From: Anthoceros angustus
Taxonomy: Eukaryota; Plantae; Anthocerotophyta
Assembly (NCBI GenBank): GCA_010909165.1
Contig: MU008162.1
Span: 310,001-374,000, forward strand
Direction: 5' to 3'
Length of the DNA stretch: 64,000 nucleotides
Shown here: piece after piece, positions 24,588 to 36,137 of the stretch
Position numbering within the stretch: position 1 is the stretch's first letter
Layout: the number at the start of each line of letters is the position of its first letter
Position numbers and translations under genes: made by a program
The notes under the pieces: model-generated
What the model was told of the DNA's origin: nothing
The model's database searches: none
What the model saw: the letters and a program-made list of their open reading frames with translations, nothing else

Positions 24588-27500
24588 GTGTCCCAGGTAT
24601 GACGACTTCAACATAGAAGAAGAGTCGGAGGTCGGGGACTCCATAAACAGAGAGGCCCCCAGCAGTGTGTGAGGGCAGCCCGGAGAGCATATGCTAGCCG
24701 ACATAGGAGAAGTAGGGGCTAGGGAAAAGAAAAGTGAGTAGGTGTAAAACCTATAGTTAGGGGCTAGTAACTAGTGTAACCTATGCTAATGATAAGCTAA
24801 TCTACATCTATTTTGCGGATGTGGAGAAAGGGTAGGCACAAGCCATGTGAGGTTTGCCCTACCTCTACAACCTATAACAAAACAAAAGGAAAATACCAAA
24901 CTCCTATTTGCCACCGAAACCTATGCGAGCAACATACATGGTGCTTAGGGAGGAAAGGACGACCACGAAGTCCCCATGGAATATGTATGTGAGAAAAGGG
25001 ATAAAAATGATGTGGTTAGGTGCATATCCATGTGAAGAGTACGAAGGACACACCAAGCACTTGTATAGTAAGTGACCTAACTTCAGAATGACTAACTCGA
25101 CACCATTTTTCTTCTGTAACCCATGGAGTGTTTTGTAGGGTCCTTTTGGGCATTAGAGAGAGAGAATAAGGAGTACAGTGATGATTACTTGGAAATAGAA
25201 GAGGAAATAAACATGCTAGATAAACTTTGTGGATTGTAAAAATTTGAAAATACCCACTAGTTAGCTGGCTTAACCTCTTGTACTCCTAACATTTTCATGT
25301 GTTTTAAATGCAAATCTCTTCCTAATGACTTGGTTAAAAGGTCAGCTGGGTTGTTTTGAGTTGGAATATAATTGATATCTATTGTTTTATTTTCTAACAT
25401 TTCCGTATGTAATGATACTCATCGCTATATGTTTAGTTCGAGTGGAAAAGGTTCCTAGCTAAGGCAATAGCCCCTATCATCAGAGAGGTGTAGGTCCATC
25501 TTGGGGATAATTCAACTCACTCAATGCTAACCTACTCCACTATATCCTTGGAGACGAGGTGAGGACCCTATACTCGACTCTTGACAAAGCAATGGTTGGT
25601 TGTTTCTTACTTGACCATGAAATGGGTGCACCTCCTAGCGAATGCATAGCCGGATCTGATTTGCGGCTATCGGGATCTCCAAGATAGTCGGCATCGGCAT
25701 AAGTCGTTAATTGTAACTTAGATATGCCGGAACATGTTTATACATCAATCCTGTGCATAGTCCCTTTTAAATACCTGAATATTCTCTTGACACATTGCCA
25801 ATGTTGTCTTCCAGGATTCTCCAAAAATTGTGAGACTGCACTAACTTCAAAAGATATATCGGGTCTTGTGAAGTTACTTAAATATATTAAGGTGCCAACA
25901 GCATGTCTGTATGGTACTGCTGACATTTCTGCTTTCTCTGCATCTGTTTTAGGGCTCATATCTGCTGTAAGCCTTGTGCCACTTGGAAATGGTGTGGCTG
26001 CTGGCTTAGCATCTTCTAGTCCAAACTTCTTTAAGCTTTCTTTTATATATTTTGTTTGAACCAAGGAAATGGATTTATTACCTCTATTTCTTATAATGTT
26101 AACGCCAAGGGCATAACTAAGGTCTCCCAGGTCTGTCATTTCATAATGACTTCTCAACCATGCTTTAATTTCAGCTAGATGGGAGAGTGAAGATGAAGCT
26201 AAAAATAAGTCATCCACATATAGTAAGAGGTAAATTGTAATCGTTTAGTCTTCGGGATATACATGCTAGCATCCGCTTTGCTTTGAACAAAACCATATTT
26301 TGTAAGCTTGTCATGTATATCATTATTCCATTCCTTGCCGATTGCTTAAGGCCATAAATGCCTTTAATGAGCTGCATACATGGTCTTCTTTACCTTTGAC
26401 TTCATAGCCTTGAGTTGTCTCATGTATATTTCTTCTTGGATTCGCCATGCAGATAGGCGCTTTGACGTCCATCATGTGAAGATGTAAGTCATGTTGAGCG
26501 GACAAGGCTATTATAATTCGAGGAGGCAAACTTTGCTACGTGCATAGGTAGCCGGTATGTAATCTAAACCCGGTATCGGTAAACCCTCCGCTACCAGCCT
26601 TGCCTTATATCGCTCAATAGAACCATCACCCTTACGTTTGATTTTAAAGACCCATTTACTTCCCACTATTTTTCTCCCTTTGGGTGGTTTAACTAATTCC
26701 CATGTGGAGTTTTCTACTAAAGAGTTGTATCAATCACTGCTACCTTCCATGTGTCTTTCTCGGAGAGGAAAATGCTTGTTTCAAGGTTAGCGGTTCCTCT
26801 GGATCAACGTGGCTTTGTAAACTTGATAATAAGGTGTGAGAGGAGAAATGGGGTCATCGAGTGACAAGATATCCCAAAGGTGGTTCCTTCCATCCAGCAG
26901 TCCTGCAATGGTCTAGTCCTAAGATTGTACCTTGGTGCGTTGTTGAATGTGTTCTTCAATGTCGACCACTTGTTGAGTGGTTCTGCGTAACGCAGCTCTT
27001 GTTCGCTCGTCGTCGAATTCATCCACTTGCTCGCCGACGGGCTCATCCTCAAAGGAATACGATCCTCCTCACGAATTTCAACATCATAGTCGATTTCATC
27101 ATCGGTTAAATGTTGAGGTTCTTCTAAATCGGGATCCGGAGTAGTTGGTCGTCTTGGAATATATTCTAACTCCTCCTCCTCCTCCGCAATGAGGTTCATC
27201 CATAGGAGCTTCATGCGGAGGGAGTGAATGAATGATGACAAAATCATCGTCATCAAAGTGGAAGGCTCGGATGCGCAGAGGAAGGAGCATCGGGAGTAAT
27301 GGGAGATGCCCCATAATAGGAGAAAGAATATGAGATTCATGAAAGGTCACGCTCCTAGCATAAATGAGCTTTGGGTAGATGGGTCAAATAACTTGTAACC
27401 CTTAATGCCTTCGTAGCCAATAAAGGTATATTTGGCTGCCTTGGGATCCAGCTTCTTGTACTTTGGGGATGAACACATAGCGGGGATCCAAGATTCGTAA

Positions 27501-29871
27501 ATGATCAATGAAGGTTTTCTCCCGGAAAAGCTTCATATGGAGTCATGCCTTGACTGGAAGTCGGTCTATTAAGGAGATATGTTCTTTGTCAATATAGCTT
27601 CAATAACTTTTAGATAATGTAGCTTGGGTGAGCAAACACTGTGATCTCCTGAGGCGTAAATTTTGTTTTACCTTCCATTTCTTTGAGTGTGTGTACCACA
27701 CTAAGTTGTTGCGCTATACCTTGGGCAAAATTCAGCAAATTCATTGAAGTGAACTCTCCTCCATTATCGGAGCGAAGAGTTTTAAGCTTCTCGGTAAGTC
27801 TCTCGCCACATCATATATTCTTTGAAGAAAGAAAAGGCGACTCTTATGGCGGAGGATGTAGGTGAGGACGAACCGGAATAATCATCGATGAAGGTTAAAA
27901 ATATCTACAACCACTAAATGAAGGTGCGATATCGGACCACAAATGTCTGTGAACCAACTCTAAGGGTGCCTAGCCCTCGAGGATGGATTGTGGAATGGAG
28001 CTTGATGACGTTTGGTTATGACGCAAGCTTCACACCAGGGGAGAGGTTCAAGTTTAGGAATACAGGGAGTTCTATACAGGTTTCCCTTAGACATTTGGAT
28101 AAGCTTTTGGCTATTCGGATGACCTAATCGACAGTGCCAAAGCATGGTGCTTGAAGAGTGGAATGGGAGGCTACATTGATGAGGTGTAACGGACCCACTT
28201 GGACTGAGAGTTTATAGAGTCCATCTTCTAGTGTGCAGGCAGTTGTGTGATACTTATTAGTATGATAGTAAAGGAGACACAAATCGGCTTCAAGGATAAT
28301 TTGCATGTTATGTTCTTGACATAAACTAGCGGTGACACTAGATTCTTGCACATGGAGGGTACATAAAGGACATGGAGAGAGTAAGAACCCGGTGGAGCAC
28401 TTTAATGCCACGGAACCTACACCAAATATGGTGAGGTTATGGTCGCCTAGAGCACCTTTGTTGTCCTTTTGATGGCGAATCGACTCAAAAAGTTAAGGTC
28501 GTGACATATATGAGATGTTGCACCTGTCTAAATACCAATTTTGGTTTGATGGCTTGGAACTTGCCAAGCGGGGATGAAATCTTGATGGAGTTGCCGTGGA
28601 GGGCTTCTTCTTAACGGCAACATGTGCTCCTGTGGTGACCTCCTTCTTTGGCTCACCATTTTTCTTCTTCCAACAATCCTTCTCCATATGGTTGGTCATC
28701 TTGCACCAATTGCAGGTAACTCCAGCCTTCTTCATTCCTTTTGAAGGTTTAAATGAAGAAGTGGATGTTCCTTGAAAATTTTGAGCAGGAGTCGGTCTAG
28801 GAGTGAAGTTTCCGCGGCCTCGGCCACGTCCTCTTCCTCTGCCCGCGTCATTACTTGGCGGGCTGATCGGGATTTTCATTTCGACGGCGCGTCCTCCTCA
28901 ATAAGTGCTCCAATTAATTCACTTACGATATCCAGTGAGTTAATTTCTTGTTTTGTGCAGCTCTAAGGACCGCATTTTGCGTTGTCACAAAGGGCCTATA
29001 GGAGGGCGGCAAGCTGGCGAGGAGAGCAATAAAAGTTTGTTTCTCTGTAAGTTTTTCTTCAGAGGATGCATTGAAATTATTCTTTGCAATACGGAAGTTG
29101 CTCAAGTGTTGTTGTAAGGAATCAGTCTCCTTCATCCTTATAGTATATAAGTGACGTGTGGCAGTCAATAAGCTCATTCCATCTTTGGAGGCATAAAGCT
29201 GAGCTAACTTCTCCCACATCTCGGCTGCGGTGTTTGCGTCGCAACTTGGAGTACCATCGCGTAAGTCCGTTCATTAAAACGCGTCTGCCTCCGATCTTTG
29301 GCTTCCCATTCATCTATAGCGTCGGAGTCCCAAGTGGAACATTCTTCAGTACCGTTGACAATATTCCATAAGTCGCGGCTGCGCAGGACACCTTGGGCAC
29401 GATTTTGCCATACATCGTACCCCTTGCCGTTAAATCTATCTTTGTCTTTAAAGTTGTCACCTTGAATCATTTGAGGCTTGGATTCATAACGCTTTTTAGC
29501 TTTCTCCTTTTCTTCCCTTTTAAATTGCTCCCATTCATCTCGCCATATAGATTGTTGTTCTTCAAGCCATTTGGTCTTTTGGGCGGCCAAAAATTTTGCT
29601 CTGCGCCGAAGTCATCAATATCCACGTCGAGATCGTCCGACCCCACCATTGCAAGTAATTTTAATGATGCAGGTTATGCGTGGTTGACACGTCTTCTTGC
29701 ATTGTTTTGCGGAAAGAGGCGAGCACAACATTTCTTCAAATTATGAATTTCGCATCATAATCGAATCTGCAGACTTACAATCAAGTGAGAAGAGACCTTG
29801 TGAAAGGTCTCGGTCAACAAGTCTATCGTTGATAATATTGATTTGTTGTGTATTGTAAGTCAATTTCTCAT

Positions 29872-32320
29872 TGATAGCAGAGTGATTTATTCTAAGTTAC
29901 GCTCTAATGGAATCAAGAGATTGCTGCATGATCCGGATTAGGAGCGAAGATACTAGCCTTATTTTTATGTACTTAGAGATGGCGACTCTATAGCACTATA
30001 TTGATAAAGGCTAAATGTAGAAAGGAGAGCTTTCTGAGCATAAATGATATCTTGTACTCTATCTCCGACTTAGACAAAGGGCTTCAATGAGACAACATAC
30101 TTGTGCCTCTAAAACATCAACTGAGGAGAATTGAGGTCAAACTCCTCCCGAATGTAAGAAGATTTGATTTGATGTTGTTTCTTCTTCTTTGAAGCCTTGA
30201 TCTTCCTCCTAAATTCTTTGTCTTTTGGATTAAAGGAATCCATGAGAGGACAAGAAATTGATGCACAATGTGTGCATCATTGTGCGCTGGTCACCGGATG
30301 ATTCTCAAGGCGAAATCTCCACGCATTATCTTCATTTGAAGTACTACAAACGCAAAAGCATTGGAGAGTAAATTGCCTAGAGCATAAGGAAGCGAGGTGC
30401 TCAAGCACAAAGAGCTAAATGCTCGATACCATGATGAGAATCAATAGCTCTTAGATAGAAGAGAAACAATGGAATGAATTGATTAATGAGTAAAGTACAA
30501 GCCTTTAAATAGGGTGGTTGGGTGGTTACAACAATATGTTGTTGTAACCATAAGTTGTTGTAACCATAAGTTGTTGCAACTATAAGTTGTTGTAACTAAC
30601 ATAACAACTAACTACCTAAAGCCCTAGCTCTAAATTAATGTTTAAGTAATGAGGCCCTAATGAATAGTGCCCTAGGCTAGACCTATTTCATCAGTTCCAT
30701 GTATATCTCCTCTTCAATTTCACCATGTAAAAATGCTGTGCATACGTCCATTTGGTGAAGTTCTAGGTTGAGTTCAGCAGCAAGAGCAAGGATAATTCTA
30801 ATACTCTGTGCTCTGACTACAGGAGAAAAGGTCTCCTGGTAGTCAAGGCCAGCAACTTGACTGAATCCACGAGCACAAAGTCGAGCCTTGTAGCGGGCGA
30901 TTTCACCATCAGCATTCAGCTTTGTTTTGAAAACCCATTTCGACTTCTTGGTTTCCGCCCTTGGCCGTCCTTAAGTACCCAAGTATTGTTCTTGATGATA
31001 GATTGATATTCCTCCTCTCTGCGGCTTGCTGATGAGCATCCGTCCAGAGTAAGCTTCATCCATAGGCGAGGTCTAGATATAGGGAGCACGGCCAATGATA
31101 GCGAGTGATTTATTCTAAGTTACGCTCTAATGGAATCAAGAGATTGCTGCATGATCCGGATTAGGAGCGAAGATACTAGCCTTATTTTTATGTACTTAGA
31201 GATGGCGGACTCTATAGCACTATATTGATAAAGGCTAAATGTAGAAAGGAGAGCTTTACGAGCATAAATGATATCTTGTACTCTATCTCGACTTAGACAA
31301 AGGGCTTCAATGAGACAACATACTTGTGCCTCTAAAACATCAATCGAGGAGAATTGAGGTCAAACTCCTCCCGAATGTAAGAAGATTTGATTTGATGTTG
31401 TTTCTTCTTCTTTGAAGCCTTGATCTTCCTCCTAAATTCTTATGCTTGGATTAAAGGAATCCATGGAGCGGACAAGAAATTGATGCACAATGTGTGCATC
31501 ATTGTGCGCTGGTCACCGATGATTCTTTGCTAGAAATCTCCACGCATTATCTTCATTTGAAGTACTACAAACGCAAAAGCATTGGAGAAAATTGCCTAGA
31601 GCATAAGGAAGCGAGGTGCTCAAGCACAAAGAGCTAAATGCTCGATACCATGATGAGAATCAATAGCTCTTAGATAGAAGAGAAACAATGGAATGAATTG
31701 ATTAATGAGTAAAGTACAAGCCTTTAAATAGGGTGGTTGGGTGGTTGGGTGGTTACAACAATATGTTGTAACCATAAGTAATTACAACCATAAGTTGTTG
31801 CAACTATAAGTTGTTGTAACTAACATAACTAACTACCTAAAGCCCTAGCTCTAAATTAATGTTTAAGTAATGAGGCCCTAATGAATAGTGCCTAGGCTAG
31901 ACCTATTTCATCAGTTCCATGTATATCTCCTCTTCAATTTCACCATGTAAAAATGCTGTGCATACGTCCATTTGGTGAAGTTCTAGGTTGAGTTCAGCAG
32001 CAAGAGCAAGGATAATTCTAATACTTTGTGCTCTGACTACAGGAGAGAAGGTCTCCTGGTAGTCAAGGCCTGCAACTTGACTAAAACCGCGAGCACAAAG
32101 CCGGGCCTTATAGCGGGCAATTTCGCCATCGGCATTGAGCTTTGTTTTGAAAACCCATTTACAGCTTACTGGTTTCCGCCCTTCTGGCAAGTCTGTAAGT
32201 ACCCAAGTATTGTTCTTGATGATAGATTGATATTCCTCCTCTACTGCAGCTTGCCAGTGATGAGCATCTGGTCCAGAGTAAGCTTCATCCATAGAGGCAG
32301 GGTCTAGATATAGGGGAGCA
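29872..32320. repeat. ~1.22-kb tandem duplication (29872-31095 / 31096-~32320) giving a third C LTR at 31651-31913
   Basis: The C leader, C 5' LTR, GTTCC TSD and B RT segment are repeated twice. Confidence 0.9.
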
Positions 32321-35291
32321 CTCCCAGGGACAGCGGTGTGAGCAGAGTGCCTGTTGCGGAAATCAATGGACTTGTAGGGCTGCTCCTTCCATTGTTCCCG
32401 AGGGACTCGTGCTCTCAAATTGTAACGAGGAGGGGAAAGATCAGCAGGGGGTACTTCAACCTCTACAGGGTGTAAATCCTCCTCCTCTGAATCAGCAAGG
32501 GCAGCCTGGTTTTCTGGGAGCTCAGGTGGCACATGTTGCCAATCATAGTCTAGATCCTGGTCTGGATTAGGATTGTCATCAACATGCTCATTGATGGGAT
32601 CAGGAGGGAGATCAGGGGGATCAATAACAGGGTCTGCTGGATCTGGAAGGTGAACTGCAGGCGGTGGTGGTGTAGGGGCATCATCTGGCACACCACCTTG
32701 GGGAAATATAGAAGGGGGTGTGGCAAGAACATCTGTTAAAATGGATTCATCATCTGATGAGTCAGAGTCTGAAGATGGCTGAACACCAGCATGTGGGGAG
32801 GCAGAATTTAGCAGCTCTTTGAAAACAACACTGCGTGCAAGAACAGGGGTAAGTGTAGAGATATCTATCAACCTATATGCCTTAGCTTCATCTCCATAGC
32901 CTACAAAGATCAAGGCTCGTGATCTGTTATCAAGTTTCTGACGCTTTTCTGGTGGGATGTAGGCATATGCAGGTGAACCAAAGACTCGAAGGTGCAGGAT
33001 GCTAGGATTTCTTCCCCAGAACATTTCAAAAGGTGTTTTACCTTGAAGTGAAGATGTGATGAGGCGGTTAAGTATGTAAGTGGCAGTAGTGAGGGCCTCT
33101 GCCCAATACTCTGCCGGCAAAGATGCCCAGCTAAGCATACTGCGAGTCATCCCCATGAGGGTTTGGTTCTTTCTCTCCGCAACCCCATTCTGCTGAGGGG
33201 TGTAAGAAACAGTAAGTTGACGTAGAACACCATGATCCTGAAGGAAGGCATCAAAGGTATTGTTGCAAAACTCAGTCCCGTTGTCAGTACGCAAGCATTT
33301 GAGCAAACAGCCAGACTGCCCTGGGCCATGAGAAACCACTCTTTAAAGCATAGAAAAGTCTCACTCTTACGAGACATGGTATATGTCCAGGTAAACCGGC
33401 TAAAATCATCTGTTATTGTAAGATAGTAAAAAGCTCCTCCTAAAGATTGTGTTTGCAGTTTACCAGAGATGTCGGCATGCACAAGATCAAGCAGGCCAGA
33501 AGTTCTGAAGGCGAGATGTGGAAACGACTTCTCCTTCTGTTTAGCCAGCAGGCAAGCCTCACATATAGGTAAATCTTTGAAGCATGAAGGTAGAGGCTCC
33601 ACATAGCAGTCTTGTGTAGACATCTTGATGAGTGAGTTTTTATTGACATGCCCAAGGCGGGCATGCCATAACTTGGCTTGTTCACTGGCAGGTAAATGAG
33701 CTGGAGAAGTTGATGTGATAACTGGCGCTCCAGAGGATGTCTCACAGATCACGTCCAACCGATATAGCTCCGAATCAGGAACACCACGGCCAATACACTG
33801 CTCACTAGTGTTACGCCTGAAAACTTCACATGTGGTGCCATGAAAACGGAACTCCAAATTATGGTGAATCGCCAAGAGCCTGACTGACAGAAGATTCTTT
33901 GCCATGCCAGGAACATAAAGCACCCCTGGCACATTGAGAGCTGAATTGTCAGTCATAACGAATCGACAAGTACCATAGCCTTTAATAGGTAAGCTTGTTG
34001 AACGCTGCTCATCTCCAAGGAGAACAGATTGTGTGGAATCTGTGAGTTCTCTGAAACTGCTGAACAACTGTTTGTCTTTGCAGATGTGTGCTGTCGCGCC
34101 AGAATCCAAAAACCAGTTGCTAGGATCACTCGAAGAAGAAGACAAGCAAATGGTAAGGATCTTCACCACCGCCTTGCTATTGTCATGTTGAGATCTCTCC
34201 TTCGCAACTGAATTGACTTCAGGCTTGGGACGGCGGGGCTCGCCGGCTTTCTTTTTGCGGCAGTCCCTCTCCCAATGCCCTGGCACATTGCACCAATTAC
34301 AGCTGCCAGGTTTCTTTGTAGAAGACGTACCAGCAGTGGAGGTTTGTGGGCGAGAAAATGGTCGTCCACCAGCTCCTCCTCTACCTCTCCCTCTCCCAAA
34401 GCCTCCACGCTGACGTGAGGTGTAGAGAACTCTGTCGGTACGTATTTTGCTGGAGCCACTCGAACTGGTTCGAAGTCGGCTTTTCTCCTCTTGATAAAGG
34501 GCAGCAATCACAGTCTCCAAGGAAAAATTGCCAGGCTGACCAGCAGCTATGTTCTGACCGGCAGCTGCTAATGGACCATTTTGCAGAGAGACAAAGGTCT
34601 GATATGATGGAGGAAGTGTAAGCAAAAGATGGGCCACAGCATCCTCCTCTGAAATTATGGAATTCAGCTGAGCAAGGCGGGATCGAAGTTGTCGAAATTT
34701 GCTGGTGTGGGCAGCCACAGTATCACCCTCTCGCATTTTCAAGGTATAAAATTCATGCTGCACAGTGCATTTAGTCATCATCGTCTTGACAGCATATGTG
34801 TTGATTAGCTGATTCCAAATTTGGTGTGCCTTTGTATGGTTTTCCACATCAGGGATGAGCACTTCGTCGAGGCCTGTGACCAAGATGGCAACTGCAATCT
34901 CATTCATTGAGTTCCATTTGGCTACATCAGCCTGTGTGACTTGTGTGTCTCCAGTTGCTAAAACTGTTCCTGAAGCAGGGAGCACAGGCTCCTTATAGCT
35001 GCCGTCAACGACAGTCCACACGCCTCTTGCACGCAAGGTAGTCTGCATTCGAACTCTCCAAACTTCAAATTTAGTGCCATTGAACCTATCTTGGCCTTTT
35101 AAATCCGTTGTGAATGATGGAGTAGACATGCTGACCACTGAAAACGACTGTGCAAGAGGGACGAGTGGAGGCGCCGGGGGAAGAGGTACCGGAGGTGGAA
35201 TAGGTGGTGGAGTAGAAGGGGAACTACCCAATTCACGTTGACGACGAAGGTAAGGAGACAACGGAAAATTCAGTAGATCTCTTGTAGACAT
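31914..35291 (-). CDS. Copia B gag-pol 5' part (Gag, protease, integrase, start of RT; one frameshift near 33330)
   Basis: CNWCNVPGHWERDC knuckle, WFLDSGAT, LWHARLGH..CEAC, LRTDNGTEF, PQQNGVAERKN and RYKARLCARGFSQ. Confidence 0.93.
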
Positions 35292-35579
35292 ACAAAGACA
35301 AATTCACCACATAACAGGTAAGAACGGTTAGGTCTAAAAAGACATTTTTAGGGTTTGATTGAGACTTCAGCAGAAAAAAGGCTAACTTAACTCTACTGAC
35401 TTCTTTTCTAGGACACGATTGGATTCAGGTGAAACGGTTAGTAACCGTCTGCGAGGCATCAGCGGAAGGAAGGGGCAAGATGGCCTTGGAAATCACGTAG
35501 TAGAAAGGGGAAGGCCATGGAAATCAAGGAACATCTGAGAACAATGATGCCAACACTAGAAAAGGTCACAAATATTAGT

Positions 35580-36137
35580 TCAATCTGATCGCTCCTCATC
35601 AGAGGAGCGAAGGGTCATGTTCAACATCTGCAATTGTCTAGAAATTACACTAATTCCAGATGAAAATGTAGAAATCATTTTCTGAATTTTAAAATCTGCA
35701 GAATCCAAGCGCTTAGAGAATGTCTCTTGCCGCTGGATGACTGCATTCAGGGTACCTTCTAACACTTGTACCTCTGATTCAGAATTCAATGAGTCACTTG
35801 CAGATGTACTGGCTGGCTTGGTACATGGTTGCGGTGCTGAAATTGGCCTCTTTAAAAATGGCTTTGCTGAGCAGGGATCCTTCTTAAGCAAACTCCCACA
35901 ATTGCAGCACGGAACAACAGTGCCAATTGTAGCAGGTCTGTGATGCTGATTATTACGGCCTTTGTTGCGCCGATAATTCTCCAAGATTAGAAGGTCACGC
36001 TCAGCCTTGGTTTCTGCACCGGTCCACGGGATGCTGGTTGGAATGCCTGAATGTGGATTGAGGAAAGCTGGTCTAGAGAAGGTCTTAGAAAATCCTCCTC
36101 AGCCACCAAGTCCGCAATTCGATCTATTTCTCGGCAT
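35580..36137 (-). CDS. ORF0 of Copia B: extra sense ORF between PBS and gag (186 codons, one internal TGA at codon 13)
   Basis: MPRNRSN... starts ~30 nt after the PBS. Its C-terminal helical segment VLE-x6-I-x8-R-x12-STFS is shared with the leader of element C. Confidence 0.55.

Larger units (their letters stand above)
23124..30693 (-). mobile_element. Ty1/Copia element C, inserted in RT of element B
   Basis: ~262-bp LTRs TGATGA...TCATCA at 23124-23385 and 30432-30693, TSD GTTCC, PBS ~30421-30431, PPT at 23386. Gag CNWCKMTNHMEKDC, LWHCRLGH, RT YVDD..TRPDIS. Confidence 0.95.

Noticed and set aside
23719-24690. 323-aa minus-strand ORF in the Copia C tail (env-like candidate)
   Set aside because: S/F/L-rich shadow of the purine-rich plus-strand exon, ending in the microsatellite. 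Splice signals favour the plus strand, though it is not fully excluded.
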